From Eledone cirrhosa (Eukaryota), in NCBI GenBank assembly GCA_964016885.1, contig OZ024745.1, positions 21,948,001 through 22,012,000 of the forward strand: a DNA stretch of 64,000 bases, in the 5' to 3' direction. How positions within the stretch are numbered: position 1 is the stretch's first letter; every line of letters starts with the position of its first letter. The notes beneath the pieces are model-generated. The model saw only the letters and a program-made list of their open reading frames with translations. It was not told the origin of the DNA and made no database searches. The position numbers and the translations under genes are program-made. Below, in pieces: positions 14,051 through 26,682 of the stretch.

Positions 14051-14742
14051 TAACAATAATAGAGTTACCTTGGGAGAGATTTAATTGTCCCTATATATTT
14101 CGGATTCACATCCATCAACTGGGGGGAGGCGCGGGGGGGGGGGGGAGGTTGTCTGTCGGAAAGGTGCGATACGTGTCCTCCGCTGTTTGTTGTTTTTGAA
14201 TATATATATAGCTATATATATATAGCTATATATATAGCTATATATATGTATAGCTATATATGTATAGCTATACAGTCAACAAAGTTACATAGGGACATAG
14301 AAGAGAAAAGAAGAGAAACATACTTCAAGACAGTTATTCATGTGGAATATAAGTTTCGATGTTTCGTTGTTTTGAAACCACAGGGCCATGTTTAAATCAA
14401 CCGAGAAATAGGAAACATTGAGAAGATTCTCTCATGAGGTTTCAACCGGTCTGGTTATCAACTTGCGCAGCCATCAAAATTCCCTCACCACTAAACACGA
14501 TATACAATTCTTTCAACCTCCAAATATCATAGCGTGTTGTAAGGTTAATAGACAGAATTCTGTCATCGGTAAGAGATTAATGTCACAAAGATGTCTGTCC
14601 AAATCTCTTCCAATCCGTTGATTTAACTAGGTTTTCGATAATGAATTTTCTTAATAGCTACCTACGTTCTATGTACACACACATACACACACACACGAAC
14701 ATACGAACACATATATGTACACACAGACACGCACAGACACAG

Positions 14743-14776
<34 letters not shown>

Positions 14777-14862
14777 GTATAAACACTCATTTATATATTA
14801 TGTATACACATACACACACATATATATGTATACATATATGTGTGTGTGTATATATGTATGCC

Positions 14863-14927
<65 letters not shown>

Positions 14928-15273
14928 GTACACATGCATGTACATATATAAACTGTTTAGATAGTAAAAGTGTCGCCACTAATTCTTCTTTGACATGAAT
15001 GTTTCCGGGTACGTAGACCGATAGTAATTATATAGTAACGTTGGTGGTGATAATGATTGGGGTTATGGAGTGGTGTGAGGAGTCTGGTGTAGGAAGAGGT
15101 GTATAATGGTTGGAATGGTGGTGAGGGTGGGAGTGGCGACGACTGGCGGTGAAGATAAAAATGATGATGATGATGATGATGATGATGACGATGATGATGA
15201 AGATGGTGATAATGAGCAGAAGGAATGAGGAAAATAATTTGGAAATACATAAAGAATTGAATGATATCCTCAC

Positions 15274-15405
15274 CCTATGAATGTATTCATAGAGCCGTAA
15301 AGCCTTGAGGTGTCTCAGGGGTGCCATCAGGACACACGTTATGTTTCGAACATTTAAACATGGCTGAAACATCCCTCTCCAGATTTGAACACAGATGAAT
15401 TCTTC
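15274..15405 (-). other. Candidate 132-nt spliceosomal exon of an unidentified gene or pseudogene
   Basis: Minus strand reads tttctttctcAG|...|GTgagg; open phase-0 frame [44 protein letters not shown]. Confidence 0.3.
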
Positions 15406-15436
15406 CTGAGAAAGAAAGTGATATCTATATATATAC

Positions 15437-15546
<110 letters not shown>

Positions 15547-15789
15547 CCATTTATGTTTTGTGGTTCAACAATGGATAGGATTGGCTATTCTGTTTAGTTA
15601 ATGATGATGTATTAGTAGGAAAAGCACTCTACGTTATGCAACTTATCCATCGTTGATGTTGAATCCCGTGACTGGTGCAGGAAGTGAGTTAAATATTAAT
15701 TTGTTTAAGATAACAGGAGTCGGTACTGGTGATATTGATTATCTAATTATGATGCAATCTTCATATATATATATATATATATATACATA

Positions 15790-15867
<78 letters not shown>

Positions 15868-15872
<5 letters not shown>

Positions 15873-16230
15873 AAAAAAGGATGAAATCGAAAATGCAACT
15901 GGAGTCTTATTTTTTTAAAAATATATATATATTTATTTGGTTCCTTTACCGGTTTCGCAGTTCTTCTGCTTTTCAAAAGGTGAGTTGAGATGGAGGGTCT
16001 GTGGTTATTCTCACATCTGATGTGAGAAAAACCACAGACCCTCCATCTCAACTCACCTTTTGAAAAGCAGAAGAACTGCGAAACCGGTAAAGGAACCAAA
16101 TAAATATATATATATTTTTTTAAATAAGACTCCAATTGCATTTTCGATTTCATCTTTTTTTCTTTATACTTTCATTCGTGTAGGACACCTCGGTTATTTT
16201 TCATTTTGTAAAAAAAACCTCACTTTCTAA
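15868..16230. mobile_element. Fold-back element family 1 (~150-bp arms, centre ~16018) between (TA)n runs
   Basis: 15868-16016 is the reverse complement of 16020-16168; a second, centrally deleted copy lies at 17350-17640. Confidence 0.9.
16056..16093 (+). ncRNA. Minimal hammerhead ribozyme with variant U3-A8 core
   Basis: CCTT-TTGAAAA-GCAG(aagaa)CTGC-GAAA-CCGG-TA-AAGG; same sequence at 15943-15980(-) and 17463-17500(+). Confidence 0.7.
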
Positions 16231-16249
16231 TATATATGTATATATATAT

Positions 16250-16800
16250 ATGAGAGACGTAAAATAAGAAAATTATAAAATTAACTTACTTACTAAAATA
16301 TCACTTCCAACTAATTAGTTTCTGGAATGGAGTAAATATATTTTCCGAAGAAGATATAGAGAAACATTCCGTCGTCAGGGAAGTCTATTCTTTATAATTA
16401 TCTCCAAATTATTTGTCGAGCAATATTGGCCATGACTGCTGCTATGGTAGTAGGCAGGCCGCTGTCTTATTAGCAAACCACTTTCCACTGATTGACCTCG
16501 ATGTCCCGTGATTGATTCTTTTTGAATTTGCCACAGACGCAGAGGCAGTGATTTTCTCAATGGCTAGGAATTCAGTCCACGCTTTGCTATTTCCTATCCA
16601 CTGAATTATTTTTTAATAAGTTTTCAGAGTCCTCGCTTTGCCTGGAAACTTAGCTGAGAATAGACTTCCCTGACGACGGAATGTTTCTCAATATCTTCTT
16701 CGGAAAATATATTTACTCCATTCCAGAAACTAATTAGTTGGAAGTGATATTTTAGTAAGTAAGTTAATTTTATAATTTTCTTATTTTACGTCTCTCATAT
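16250..16800. mobile_element. Inverted-repeat element family 2 (~140-bp arms, ~265-bp spacer)
   Basis: 16250-16390 is the reverse complement of 16657-16800; (TA)n lies on the left. Confidence 0.9.
16664..16745 (+). ncRNA. Type I hammerhead ribozyme
   Basis: ACTTCC-CTGACGA-cGGAATG...CATTCCa-GAAA-CTAATTAG-TT-GGAAGT; mirror copy at 16303-16384(-). Confidence 0.85.
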
Positions 16801-16984
16801 TATTGTTCTGCAACCCCATGCATTGAACCACAATGTTACTAAGACAAAACCTATATATTTGCTAGCATTGATATGCATCTGTATGTATATATATGTTACT
16901 AGATATTAATTCTTTATATATATATATATATATCTTTTACTCATTTACCTGTTTCAGCCATCCGGCTGAGGTCATGCTGGGATT

Positions 16985-17195
16985 AATTCAAAATATTAAC
17001 AAAATAGATATTCTTTTGATCAATTATATTGTATTATACATATTTCAGAGGTACTGAGTTAAGTTCAACAGTACGTCCTCATCAGATAAAATAAAATGAT
17101 ACATGACATACCCTGACATAGTAGCACTCTGTTGAGTGCTTCCAATCTATTGTAAAACTCATTCTTTGATGTATTCATTGAACCTTGTTTAACTC
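16985..17195 (-). mobile_element. Hammerhead element family 5 copy (ribozyme ~17027-17093, minus strand)
   Basis: Reverse complement of 36703-36842, plus sequence shared with 36459-36525. Confidence 0.8.
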
Positions 17196-17310
17196 TTAAA
17201 TATATATATATATATATATATATATTGTCCCCCCCCCCCCCACTCTCAAAAGCGTGAACCTAATAAACCTTTATTTGTCTGCCTCTCTGTTTTCTTCCCC
17301 TATAAATTTG

Positions 17311-17349
<39 letters not shown>

Positions 17350-17353
<4 letters not shown>

Positions 17354-17640
17354 GAAAAAGGGATGAAATCGAAAATGCAACTGGAGTCTTATTTTTTTTT
17401 TAAATATATATATTTATTTGGTTCCTTTACCGGTAAAACCACAGGCCCTCCATCTCAACTCACCTTTTGAAAAGCAGAAGAACTGCGAAACCGGTAAAGG
17501 AACCAAATAAATATATATATTTTTTTAAACAATAAGATTCCAGTTGCATTTTCGATTTCATCTCTTTTTCTTTATACTTTCACTCGTGTAGGACACCTCG
17601 GTTATTTTTCAATTTGTAAAAAAAACCTCACTTTCTAATA
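17350..17640. mobile_element. Fold-back element family 1, second copy with central deletion
   Basis: Near-identical to 15868-16230; flanked by (TA)n on both sides. Confidence 0.88.
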
Positions 17641-17858
17641 TATATATATATATACCTAAAGAGAGGGAGGTGGAAAAAATTATCGACACCAATACTAGAA
17701 TACTAGAGAGGTACTTTATTTATTGGGTTAGAGAGATCAGAAGCATTAGAGGCGTTTGGATGAAGACTTTGGCCAAAGGATACATTTCTCTTTTTCTCCC
17801 ACTTGTCTTGAAGGCTCTGGAAAGGTTCATAACTTGTAACCTTTCTTCTGGATTAAAT

Positions 17859-18045
17859 AATTGTTTCTTCTTTTGGCACAAGGCCAGCAAATACCCAGTA
17901 CATTACTGGTACTTTATTTTATCGACCCCTTAAGGATGAAAGGCAAAGTTAACCTCGGCGGGATTTGAACTCAGAATGGCAAGAGCCGTAACTCTATGCG
18001 TCAAAGCATGACGTCCGACCCTCTACCGATACTGCCAATTCACCG
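17859..18045 (-). mobile_element. SINE family A, near full length
   Basis: Reverse complement of the 61138-61321 type; candidate TSD GGATTAAATAAT. Confidence 0.88.
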
Positions 18046-18099
18046 GATTAAATAATAATAATAATAAAAATGAAACATATTTTGCCGAACACTTATATA

Positions 18100-18230
18100 G
18101 TGATTAGGCAGAGTCATTAGAACGTTGGGTAGAATACATTGCGGTATTCTTTCCGATTCTTTGCACTGTGAATCAGAAAGCCACCGAGTTTAAATTTGCC
18201 TTTAATCCTTTCGAGGTCGATAAATATAGA
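18100..18230 (+). mobile_element. Old diverged relative of SINE family A
   Basis: Retains TTTGCCTTTAATCCTTTCGAGGTCGATAAA and a decayed tRNA-like head. Confidence 0.6.
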
Positions 18231-19334
18231 GAAACGATCCACCCCATTACTGAATTGGGGTTGTTTTTTTCTCTATATCTCTTCCTCACTTCCCATCTCC
18301 TTCTCAGTCTCTCTTCTTTTCTAAAGAGAGGTGAGCTTTGCCAGGTTTTAGTTACCCAAGACTTAATCCACACAGCTGGGATGAAACATAACATTAACTC
18401 TGGCGGTCACTTAAAATTTAAAGACGAGCAAATAAATTTTGCAAATTTTGTTCTCCTATATCTGACCTAATCTGCTTTCCAGTGTTTTATTTTAAATTTT
18501 TGAATGTTGAATCCATCATATATTTTCTATATTAGGCTTATGAGAACTATAGGAGTTAAGTGTAACTTTTTTAAATAAGTGCTGTAATTTGCAGAGGGGA
18601 ATGTGCGGATTAGTGAGTAAAGATGTTAAAGAGTAGCCTATCCAGAATTGCTGGAGGTAATGTGTCTGTATGATGCTATTTTACTTATGTTTTTAAATGG
18701 TTTAGAGCTACTATAATACATCCCAGCTTCAAGATGGTGGCAATTTGGCTGTGTTGAGATGAGTTATTGTAGCTGTTTGACGTAATGATTCCTTGATTTA
18801 TAAGGCTTTTTTCAGTTCCTGATATTGTCTAGCCATTTCCTGGACAGAATTATAATGAAATATAGGATGGTGTTTTTGATGGGATAGAAATCAGAAAGTT
18901 AATGAAATGCCAAAACTTCTCGAAATCGATGACTGATGTAGAAAAAAATCTGATGTCTTAGGAAAAATTTGAAATCAGCAATTGAAAATTAGCTAAAAAC
19001 AACAAAACTTAAGTCAGCAAAGAGTGAGTTCACCAGTGTAATAGGTGTATATTTTTCATTTTATGTTCTTGGTTCATTTGTGTGGGTGTTCATGGCTGAT
19101 TTTAGAGAAATATTGTTGTTGTTGCTATCTCATTGTTTCTGTCATGTATTTTGTTGCTACTGTTACTGTTGTTGTTGCTGTTACTGTTGTTATTGTTGTG
19201 ATTGCTGTTGTCATGGCTGTTATTGTTGTGATTGCTGTTGTCATGGTTGTTATTGTTGTGATTGCTGTTGTCATGGTTGTTATTGTTGCGATTGCTGCTG
19301 TTATGCTTGTTATGTTCTTGTTTTTATCATTGCT

Positions 19335-19365
<31 letters not shown>

Positions 19366-19707
19366 CTACTATTGTTCTTTTTGTTGTTGTTAATGCTGCC
19401 AAATATTTACTATTTTTGTTTTACTGCTTATTTTGTGGTTTATTTTAGTTACAAACATCGGACAGTTTTCTGTTTCTTTGTATTTTAATTTATTTTATTT
19501 TATGTTATTTTCCAGTTGTTTGATGCTGAATTATATTTCCGTTGTGTGTAGTGTTGGTATATTGTGTTTCATGTTGAATGTTTTGCATTAATTTTTGTTG
19601 TGTTATAGAAGCTCTGTTTTTATGTTGTCTGGTGCTATATGTTCTTAAGATGTGTTTAACATTATTTTATAGAATATATGCGTAGCAGTGATTGTGTTGG
19701 ACACTGC

Positions 19708-20157
19708 GCTGTTGGTGAATTCTGAAAATCTTGATTCTGTATCTTGATAGAACTCGTTCTATGAGACTTATTGCTGTTGGTGAATTCTGAAAATCTTGAT
19801 TCTGTATCTTGGTACAACTCATTACATGAGACTTATTGCTGTTGGTAAATTCTGAAAATCTTGATTCTGTATCTTGGTACAACTCGTTATATGAGACCTA
19901 TTGCTGTTGGTGAATTCTGAAAATCGTGATTCTGTATCTTGGTACAACTCGTTATATGAGACTTATTGCTGTTGGTAAATTCTGAAAATACTGATTCTGT
20001 ATCTTGGTACAACTCGTTCTATGAGACTTATTGCTGTTGGAGAATTCTGAAAATCTTGATTCTGTATCTTGGTAGAACCTAATTCTATGAAACTTTTTGA
20101 TGCTGGTCATTTCTGAAAATGTTGATTCTATATCTTGGTAGAACTCGTTCTATGAGA
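19708..20157. repeat. 65-bp minisatellite, ~7 copies
   Basis: The unit start GCTGTTGGT(G/A)AATTCTGAAAATC recurs at 19708, 19773, 19838 and onward. Confidence 0.92.
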
Positions 20158-20335
20158 ATATTTAAAAGTTTGTATAAGTATTTTTGCTTTCTTCACAAAT
20201 GTGTATTTGATATGATTACGTACATATGTATGTGTGTATGTGTGTATATTTCATTCATTTATGGGGGAAAATGTCGACTATACTTAAATATGGAATGAAA
20301 CGCGACCCCCCCCCCCCCACACACACACACACACA

Positions 20336-21455
20336 GCCCCGGTGGTCAGAATGGAGAAGGCGTTTCCCCGGAGGACGGCAAGGGAGACGCGCTGGAAAAG
20401 CCACTCCAACTCGCTGAGCTCACACCTGCGGCTGGCCAGCTCAGCACCTATGGTGATGAGTAGGGGGGTATTCCTAGGGCCGAGGACACCAGAAGTCTCC
20501 ACTGCGAGGGGTACAACCGCAAAACTGTCGGAGAGCGACCGATATTTGAGGAGTTTAGCCTCCTCAGCGCGACGTGCAACAGAACCCGTGTTAGTCGCAG
20601 ACTGCACCATGTTGCGGCTGCAGGTCATGACAGACAGTCTGTACGGGCCCGCCCAACGTAGCATCATCCAGATACCAAACATTGAGAGGGGCCGTGATAC
20701 TCCGGGCGATGTGGTCTGTACCAAGGGCAAACAAGAGGGGTCCCAAAGGTCGCCCTGTTGGACTCCAGTGGCCGAAGGCATGACGGTATCAGCAGCAAGG
20801 GGCATGCTCGGGGCTCCATACGACAGGTAGGCCAGCGGGTAGGCAGAGTGAGCTCGGCTGAGGCAGGCATCGAGCAGATGGTCCCGGCGTAAGCCTTGAC
20901 GAAGTCTGCTGCCGACCGGCCGCCCCGGTCAGCGCCAGAGCTAGGGAGGCCGAGAGCGAGTGGGGCGAAATAAAAGAGTCGCTCCCAGTCGATGGCTCGA
21001 TTGGAGTCCAGGGCGCTCTCAATCGAGGAGGCAACGGCATCGGCTACCGGCACCCGGGCCGCTCTCGGAATCCTGAGTGGGATCATCTCGAGCCGCCTGA
21101 GCCGAGCGATGTTGACCAGCAAGGGTTGGGCGTCAGGAAAGCTCGCTGTCTCATCTGGTGGTGTGCCAGCCAGCTGTGGCTGGGCAGACGAGGGGAAGAG
21201 GTAGTTCCTGCATCTCCACGCTGCAAGGGCACTGGAAGCTCGACGTGTCAAGCCAACACAGGTGAAGTGGTGGAAGCAGCCGCACTCCGAACAGTTCCGG
21301 CCCCTCTTCCGTCTGTTAGTGGTGCTGCAAATGCTGCTGGTGTCGGGGGGATGGGGGATGGGACGTGGGTCCGGGAACTGGGGCACCGAGCGGCATCGGG
21401 GGTGAGTGGCTGGCGTGTGTGGGTGGAAGGGAAAGTGCTGGTAAGAGGGCCTCAT
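20336..21455 (-). mobile_element. Internally deleted CRE-like non-LTR retrotransposon (PHD-like finger, RT core fragment, RLE C-terminus)
   Basis: CSECGCFHHFTCVGL..WRC; IPRAAR..WERLFYF; SATGVQQGD/LGPLLFAL..VWYLDD across a frameshift; VPLAVETSGVLG..WLFQRVSLAVLRGNA. GC-rich island whose 3' end runs into (TG)n. Confidence 0.85.
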
Positions 21456-21867
21456 AGCTCACCTACATCAGATATAGAGGCGTTAGAGGACAAGAGCGAA
21501 AAGAAGGGGTTGCATGGAGGGGGACACACAAGAAGGTAGCATGTTAGCAAATGATTGAGTGAATGGATGAATGTACAACAACAAAAAAAAAGAAAAAACC
21601 CAAAGGGAGGGGGAAGGGAGCAAACAGGGGGTTCAACTGTTGACTTTCGAAAGAGTTCGTATAAAGAGTTCGTATAATTGAAGTCAATTATTATAATACT
21701 GTTCAGTATTATAATAATTGTTTCTACTTTTGGCACAAGGCCAGCAATTATTCCAGTGTATTACTGGTACTTTATTTAGAAATCATCATGATTTCTAGTC
21801 CTGTAGAATCTCATCTATATTAAAACTATATATATATATATACACACACACATATATATATATATAT

Positions 21868-22053
21868 AATTGTTTCTGCTGTTGGTACAAGGCCAGCAAT
21901 TACCAAGTGCATTACTGGTACTTTATTTTATCGACCCCGTAAGGATTAAAGGTAAAGTTAACCTCGGCGGGATTTGAACTCAGATCGTAAAGGGACGTAA
22001 CGCTTTGCTGGAAAGCATGGCATCCGACCCTCTACCGATACTGCCAATTCACC
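21868..22053 (-). mobile_element. SINE family A (plus 3' fragment at 21714-21777)
   Basis: Same diagnostic core as the other family A copies. Confidence 0.87.
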
Positions 22054-22062
22054 TACGATATA

Positions 22063-22156
<94 letters not shown>

Positions 22157-22158
<2 letters not shown>

Positions 22159-22878
22159 CATAAAATATGTCTTTAGAATCACTAGATATAATATATACCA
22201 TTTCCTCTCCCAATTAGCATAATTAACCATATAAAAAATCAATTAGACAAAGCTATAAGAATAAAGGCTCCTATGAAGAAATCTTCGACAAATAACCGAA
22301 AGCAGCCCCTTCGCGGTGGCCGCAATAGATTATTTATGTAACATTTCGACAGCATGTAAAAATCGACCAGATATACAGTCAACTAAACACAATTAGGTGT
22401 AAAATTGAACTTAGAAGAATTGCGTACATATCAAATTACCTCTACCATGGTTTCATCCGTATTTTAAGAGATCCTATAACAAGGTATATCCAGAGCTTCG
22501 GAATCATCAGGAGCGAGCTCAAAATAAGACATTTAATTTTCCAAAGTGATCGCGCCAAAAAAACATTCAAAAATGGCTAAGAATCGTGACGTGGCAGCGA
22601 TCAAGTTAGAAAGGATCTGACTAGTTGCTTACGGCGGGTAGGCTTATTGCTAGAAAGCGCAGCCTAAGATCGCCAAATTGTATCTCAACCTAACGGGAGA
22701 TTATTACATATAAAGATTTACATACATATATATAAAGTCATAGATATATATGTGTTTTGCAACCGGTCACGTTGTGGCTCAATGAGAAATTAATAAATTA
22801 AATAAAATAATCAGAGCTATATATCATAAAATATGTCTTTAGAATCACTAGATATAATATATACCATTTCCTCTCCCA
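22157..22878. mobile_element. ~720-bp element with 56-bp terminal direct repeat, between (TA)n runs
   Basis: ATCATAAAATATGTC...CCTCTCCCA occurs at 22157 and 22823 (period 666). Confidence 0.7.
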
Positions 22879-22879
22879 T

Positions 22880-22920
<41 letters not shown>

Positions 22921-22992
22921 GTTAATTTTCATAGAAAAAGCATATAACGATATGTGCTTTTACGATTCTCCAGAAGGGCCGGTAGATAGGTA

Positions 22993-23037
22993 AATATTGC
23001 TGATGAGTTGTAACAACAACGAAACTAGTTCAATATT
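22993..23037 (+). ncRNA. Canonical minimal type I hammerhead ribozyme
   Basis: AATATTG-CTGATGA-GTTGT(aaca)ACAAC-GAAA-CTAG-TT-CAATATT; 7-bp stem I, 5-bp stem II, palindromic AACTAGTT. Confidence 0.9.
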
Positions 23038-23325
23038 CCTTGTCTGGCTTTCTGAAGAGTAGAGGAAAGGTGTTTCCTCAAAAACCAGTATGACTCTAAA
23101 AACCGGTTTGTCTGTGTGTTTACATACAGAATAGCTGGATACTCACAGTAAAGTAACCAGTGAAAGACTTGGTACATCTACATATGTATACGTATGTGTA
23201 TTCATATGCATACTAGTATTTCAGTATGCATATGTAGATGTACATTTTTAACTTAATTGTTTAAGCGTCAGTCATACAAAAGTGAGTTACAAACGAAACG
23301 AAATTTAATTTCGTTTCGTTATTTG

Positions 23326-23379
<54 letters not shown>

Positions 23380-23381
<2 letters not shown>

Positions 23382-23671
23382 ATGGTGTAGGACAGAACAA
23401 AGGAGAGGCACAAAAACAAAGAAAAGAATCCCCAGTCACTGAAGAGGTCACAGAATGTGTGACGAAAGAACTTTGACAATATATGAACAATCGCCTGGTT
23501 GTGGAACCAACCAACCAACCGGAAATTTATAAATTTAATTTATAATAAATTGAAGTGAAAGCAACTGGTGCGTGTGTTTCTTATTGGCAACATGACCCTC
23601 CCAAAGTATAACAATATCGGTTTCAACACACGTTTTCAGATAAAGAATCTTGGTAAACAAATTCAGAAACG

Positions 23672-23759
<88 letters not shown>

Positions 23760-23782
23760 ATACTTGGGAAGGGTCTACAGAC

Positions 23783-23813
<31 letters not shown>

Positions 23814-24378
23814 TTCGTTTCTGAATTTGTTTAGCAAGATTCTTTATCTGAAATCGTGTGTTGAAACCGATATTGTTATACTTTGGGAGGGTCATGTTGC
23901 CAATAAGAAACACACGCACCAGTTGCTTTCACTTCAATTTATTATATATTTATAAATTTATAAATTTACAAACTTATAAATTTCTGGTTGGTTGGTTGGT
24001 TCCACAACCAGATAGTTGTTTATATATATAGTCATAGTCCTTTCGTCACACACTCTGTGACCTCTTCAGTGACTGGGGATTCCTTTCTTCGTTTCTGTGC
24101 CTTTCCTTTCTTCTATCCTACGCCACAAAATGGCGTAGGATAGAAGAAAGGAAAGGCACAGAAACGAAGAAAGGAATCCCCAGTCACTGAAGAGGTCACA
24201 GAGTGTGTGACGAAAGGACTATGACTATATATATAAACAACTATCTGGTTGTGGAACCAACCAACCAACCAGAAATTTATAAGTTTGTAAATATATAAAT
24301 TTATAAATATATAATAAATTGAAGTGAAAGCAACTGGTGCGTGTGTTTCTTATTGGCAACATGACCCTCCCAAAGTAT

Positions 24379-24387
<9 letters not shown>
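23380..24387. mobile_element. Hammerhead element family 3: a + copy, (TA)n, then a head-to-head -/+ pair centred ~24127
   Basis: Copies at 23380-23675(+), 23813-24125(-) and 24130-24387(+); a further piece at 63845-63980(-) and diverged pieces at 43606-43945. Confidence 0.9.
24182..24226 (+). ncRNA. Hammerhead ribozyme (family 3)
   Basis: AGTCA-CTGAAGA-gGTCACA..TGTGAC-GAAA-GGAC-TA-TGACT; also at 24030-24074(-) and 23435-23477(+). Confidence 0.8.
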
Positions 24388-24421
<34 letters not shown>

Positions 24422-24517
24422 ATCAAATTATTATTTATACTCCAGTCCTACAAACTGTAGAGTGCTACTTATCCGATATCTGCATTGCTTTATTGTACTA
24501 CAATAAAACTCACCTCC

Positions 24518-24561
<44 letters not shown>

Positions 24562-25809
24562 ATATACATATATATACACACATATATATATACACACACA
24601 TATTCAACACAGAGAAAGAAGTTTGGCAACAGGTCAGTCACCTTAGTCTAGATAGGGTAATGACTTGTGTAAATGTGGTGGTGGTGGTGGTGGTGGTGGT
24701 AGGGAGCTAGTGTAGACGTTATTGTGGTGGTGGGGGGAGGGAGGAGGCAGTGAGATGTGTCTAGTTCATAGTTCACTTGTCCGTTCTCCTCTCTTTTCAA
24801 AATTTTGAATTTATAGCCATTTGCATTGGATGGCAAATAAACGTAAAATGTAAAATGTAAATAAAGATTGCTCTGGGAAAAATATATATATGGAATATTT
24901 GTGCAGCTTCCACAGCATGTGTCAGGACATTTCCCGAGTTCAGTGAGCAAAAGTTTTGTTGTATTGAATACAAAAATTAATCAAAACTTACCTCCATGAA
25001 AAACAGCGTGTGTTGTCCGATAAATTATTGTAATTTGCTCCTCGATTTTCATGGATTTAAGATTATCAAACTTATAAATGGAAATTCGATTTGGTTGAGC
25101 AATTCATTTGGCGGCATGTTTTCATTAGAACAGCTTTATCTCAAGTTTACTTGTGTGTGTGTATTTTGTTTAACTTTCCACAAACACCACGTTTCTTTCT
25201 CGGCATCTTGGCCTTATACTTGTCATGAGACTGGTGAAAAGCCATTCACCCTCATCATATCAGCTGTAGTAGAGTTGGAGATGATGATAAAAATATATCT
25301 TGAAGGTGTGTGCGTGTTAAAACTAATTTTCCCATTTCATACTTCATTGTATTTTCACAGTAAAGGCATTACCTCACATAATTATCTCATATAATATCGT
25401 ATCTATGAGATTTTGATATTATTTATTTTGAGAATACTATAACATAAGTATAAGTGGCCGGTTATGGCCAGTTTGAACAGACAGAGGTGAGAGTATTCTG
25501 GTCGGATATGGCCGTTGACCATTCTATCAACGCTGACACACTATATCTCCATTAATTGGTAAACGGACCAAGAAAGATAAATGAAGAATTGCCGGCCAAG
25601 TGGTTGTGGTTACTTAATATACGAGGGTCGGCTGAAATGTTCATAGGCTAGAACGAATGGTAGCGCCAGATTTACCTCGTCATTTCCCTACTAGCCACAG
25701 GATTTCGGGGGTGTAGTGTAATATAGTTAGGCAATGATATCTGACCATACTTTCATGAAACCGTGTTTTTATTGTTAGTTTTGTAGTGGTGTATATTCTG
25801 GTGGGGGAT

Positions 25810-26290
25810 GTTGGACATGACGATAATGGTGATGATGATGATGATTAAAATGATGGTGAGGAGGAGGAGAAGGGGGAGGAGGAGGAGGTGGGGGTAGAAG
25901 AATAAGAATAAGAAGGAAGAGCAGAATGAATAGAAGAAAAAATATGATAAAAATTATAATGATGATGATGATGATAATGATGATGTTGATGATGATGAAA
26001 ATGATGATGATAGTGGTGGTGGTGGTTGTGGTGATGATGATGATGATGATGATGATAAGGATGATGTTGACGATGACGATGATGATGATGATCATGATGG
26101 TGGTGGTGGTGGTGGTGGTGGTGGTGAGGATGATGATGATGACAATGGGAAGATGATAACGATGATGTTGTGGATGAGATGACGATAACGATGAAGGTGA
26201 TGATGATGATAATCACGATGATGATGATGATGGTGATTACGATAACGGTGATGATGATGATGATGATGGTGATGATAAAGATGGTGATTT
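25810..26290. repeat. Compound (GAT)n/(GGT)n/(GGA)n microsatellite
   Basis: Directly visible. Confidence 0.9.
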
Positions 26291-26625
26291 CTTTTCGCAT
26301 CAGCTGAAATTACAATAATTGTTGAAGACGCAGATGCTCTTCTTTCAACAGTAACTCATCCTCCAGAGGATTATTTTGATCATTAGCACTGGAACTTGAA
26401 ATTGTTTTTATTGTTCTCACACACACACACACACACACACCCTCCACACTCACACACACACACACACACCCTCCACACTCACACACACACAAACGCACTC
26501 AGCAACACACGCAAACACTAGAGTATAGCAGGAAAACACATATACATGCACTCAACTCATTTCTTTGGTTCTCACAATAGGGTTGTAGACCGTCTTTACG
26601 TACTTACATACTTTCCTCCGCCGCC

Positions 26626-26682
<57 letters not shown>

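Noticed and set aside
15868-16168. Palindromes as sequencing or assembly fold-back artefacts
   Set aside because: Arms carry independent substitutions, recur as dispersed families and show consistent ribozyme polarity; raw long reads would confirm.
19708-20157. CRISPR array
   Set aside because: Contiguous 65-bp units without unique spacers, no cas genes, eukaryotic context.
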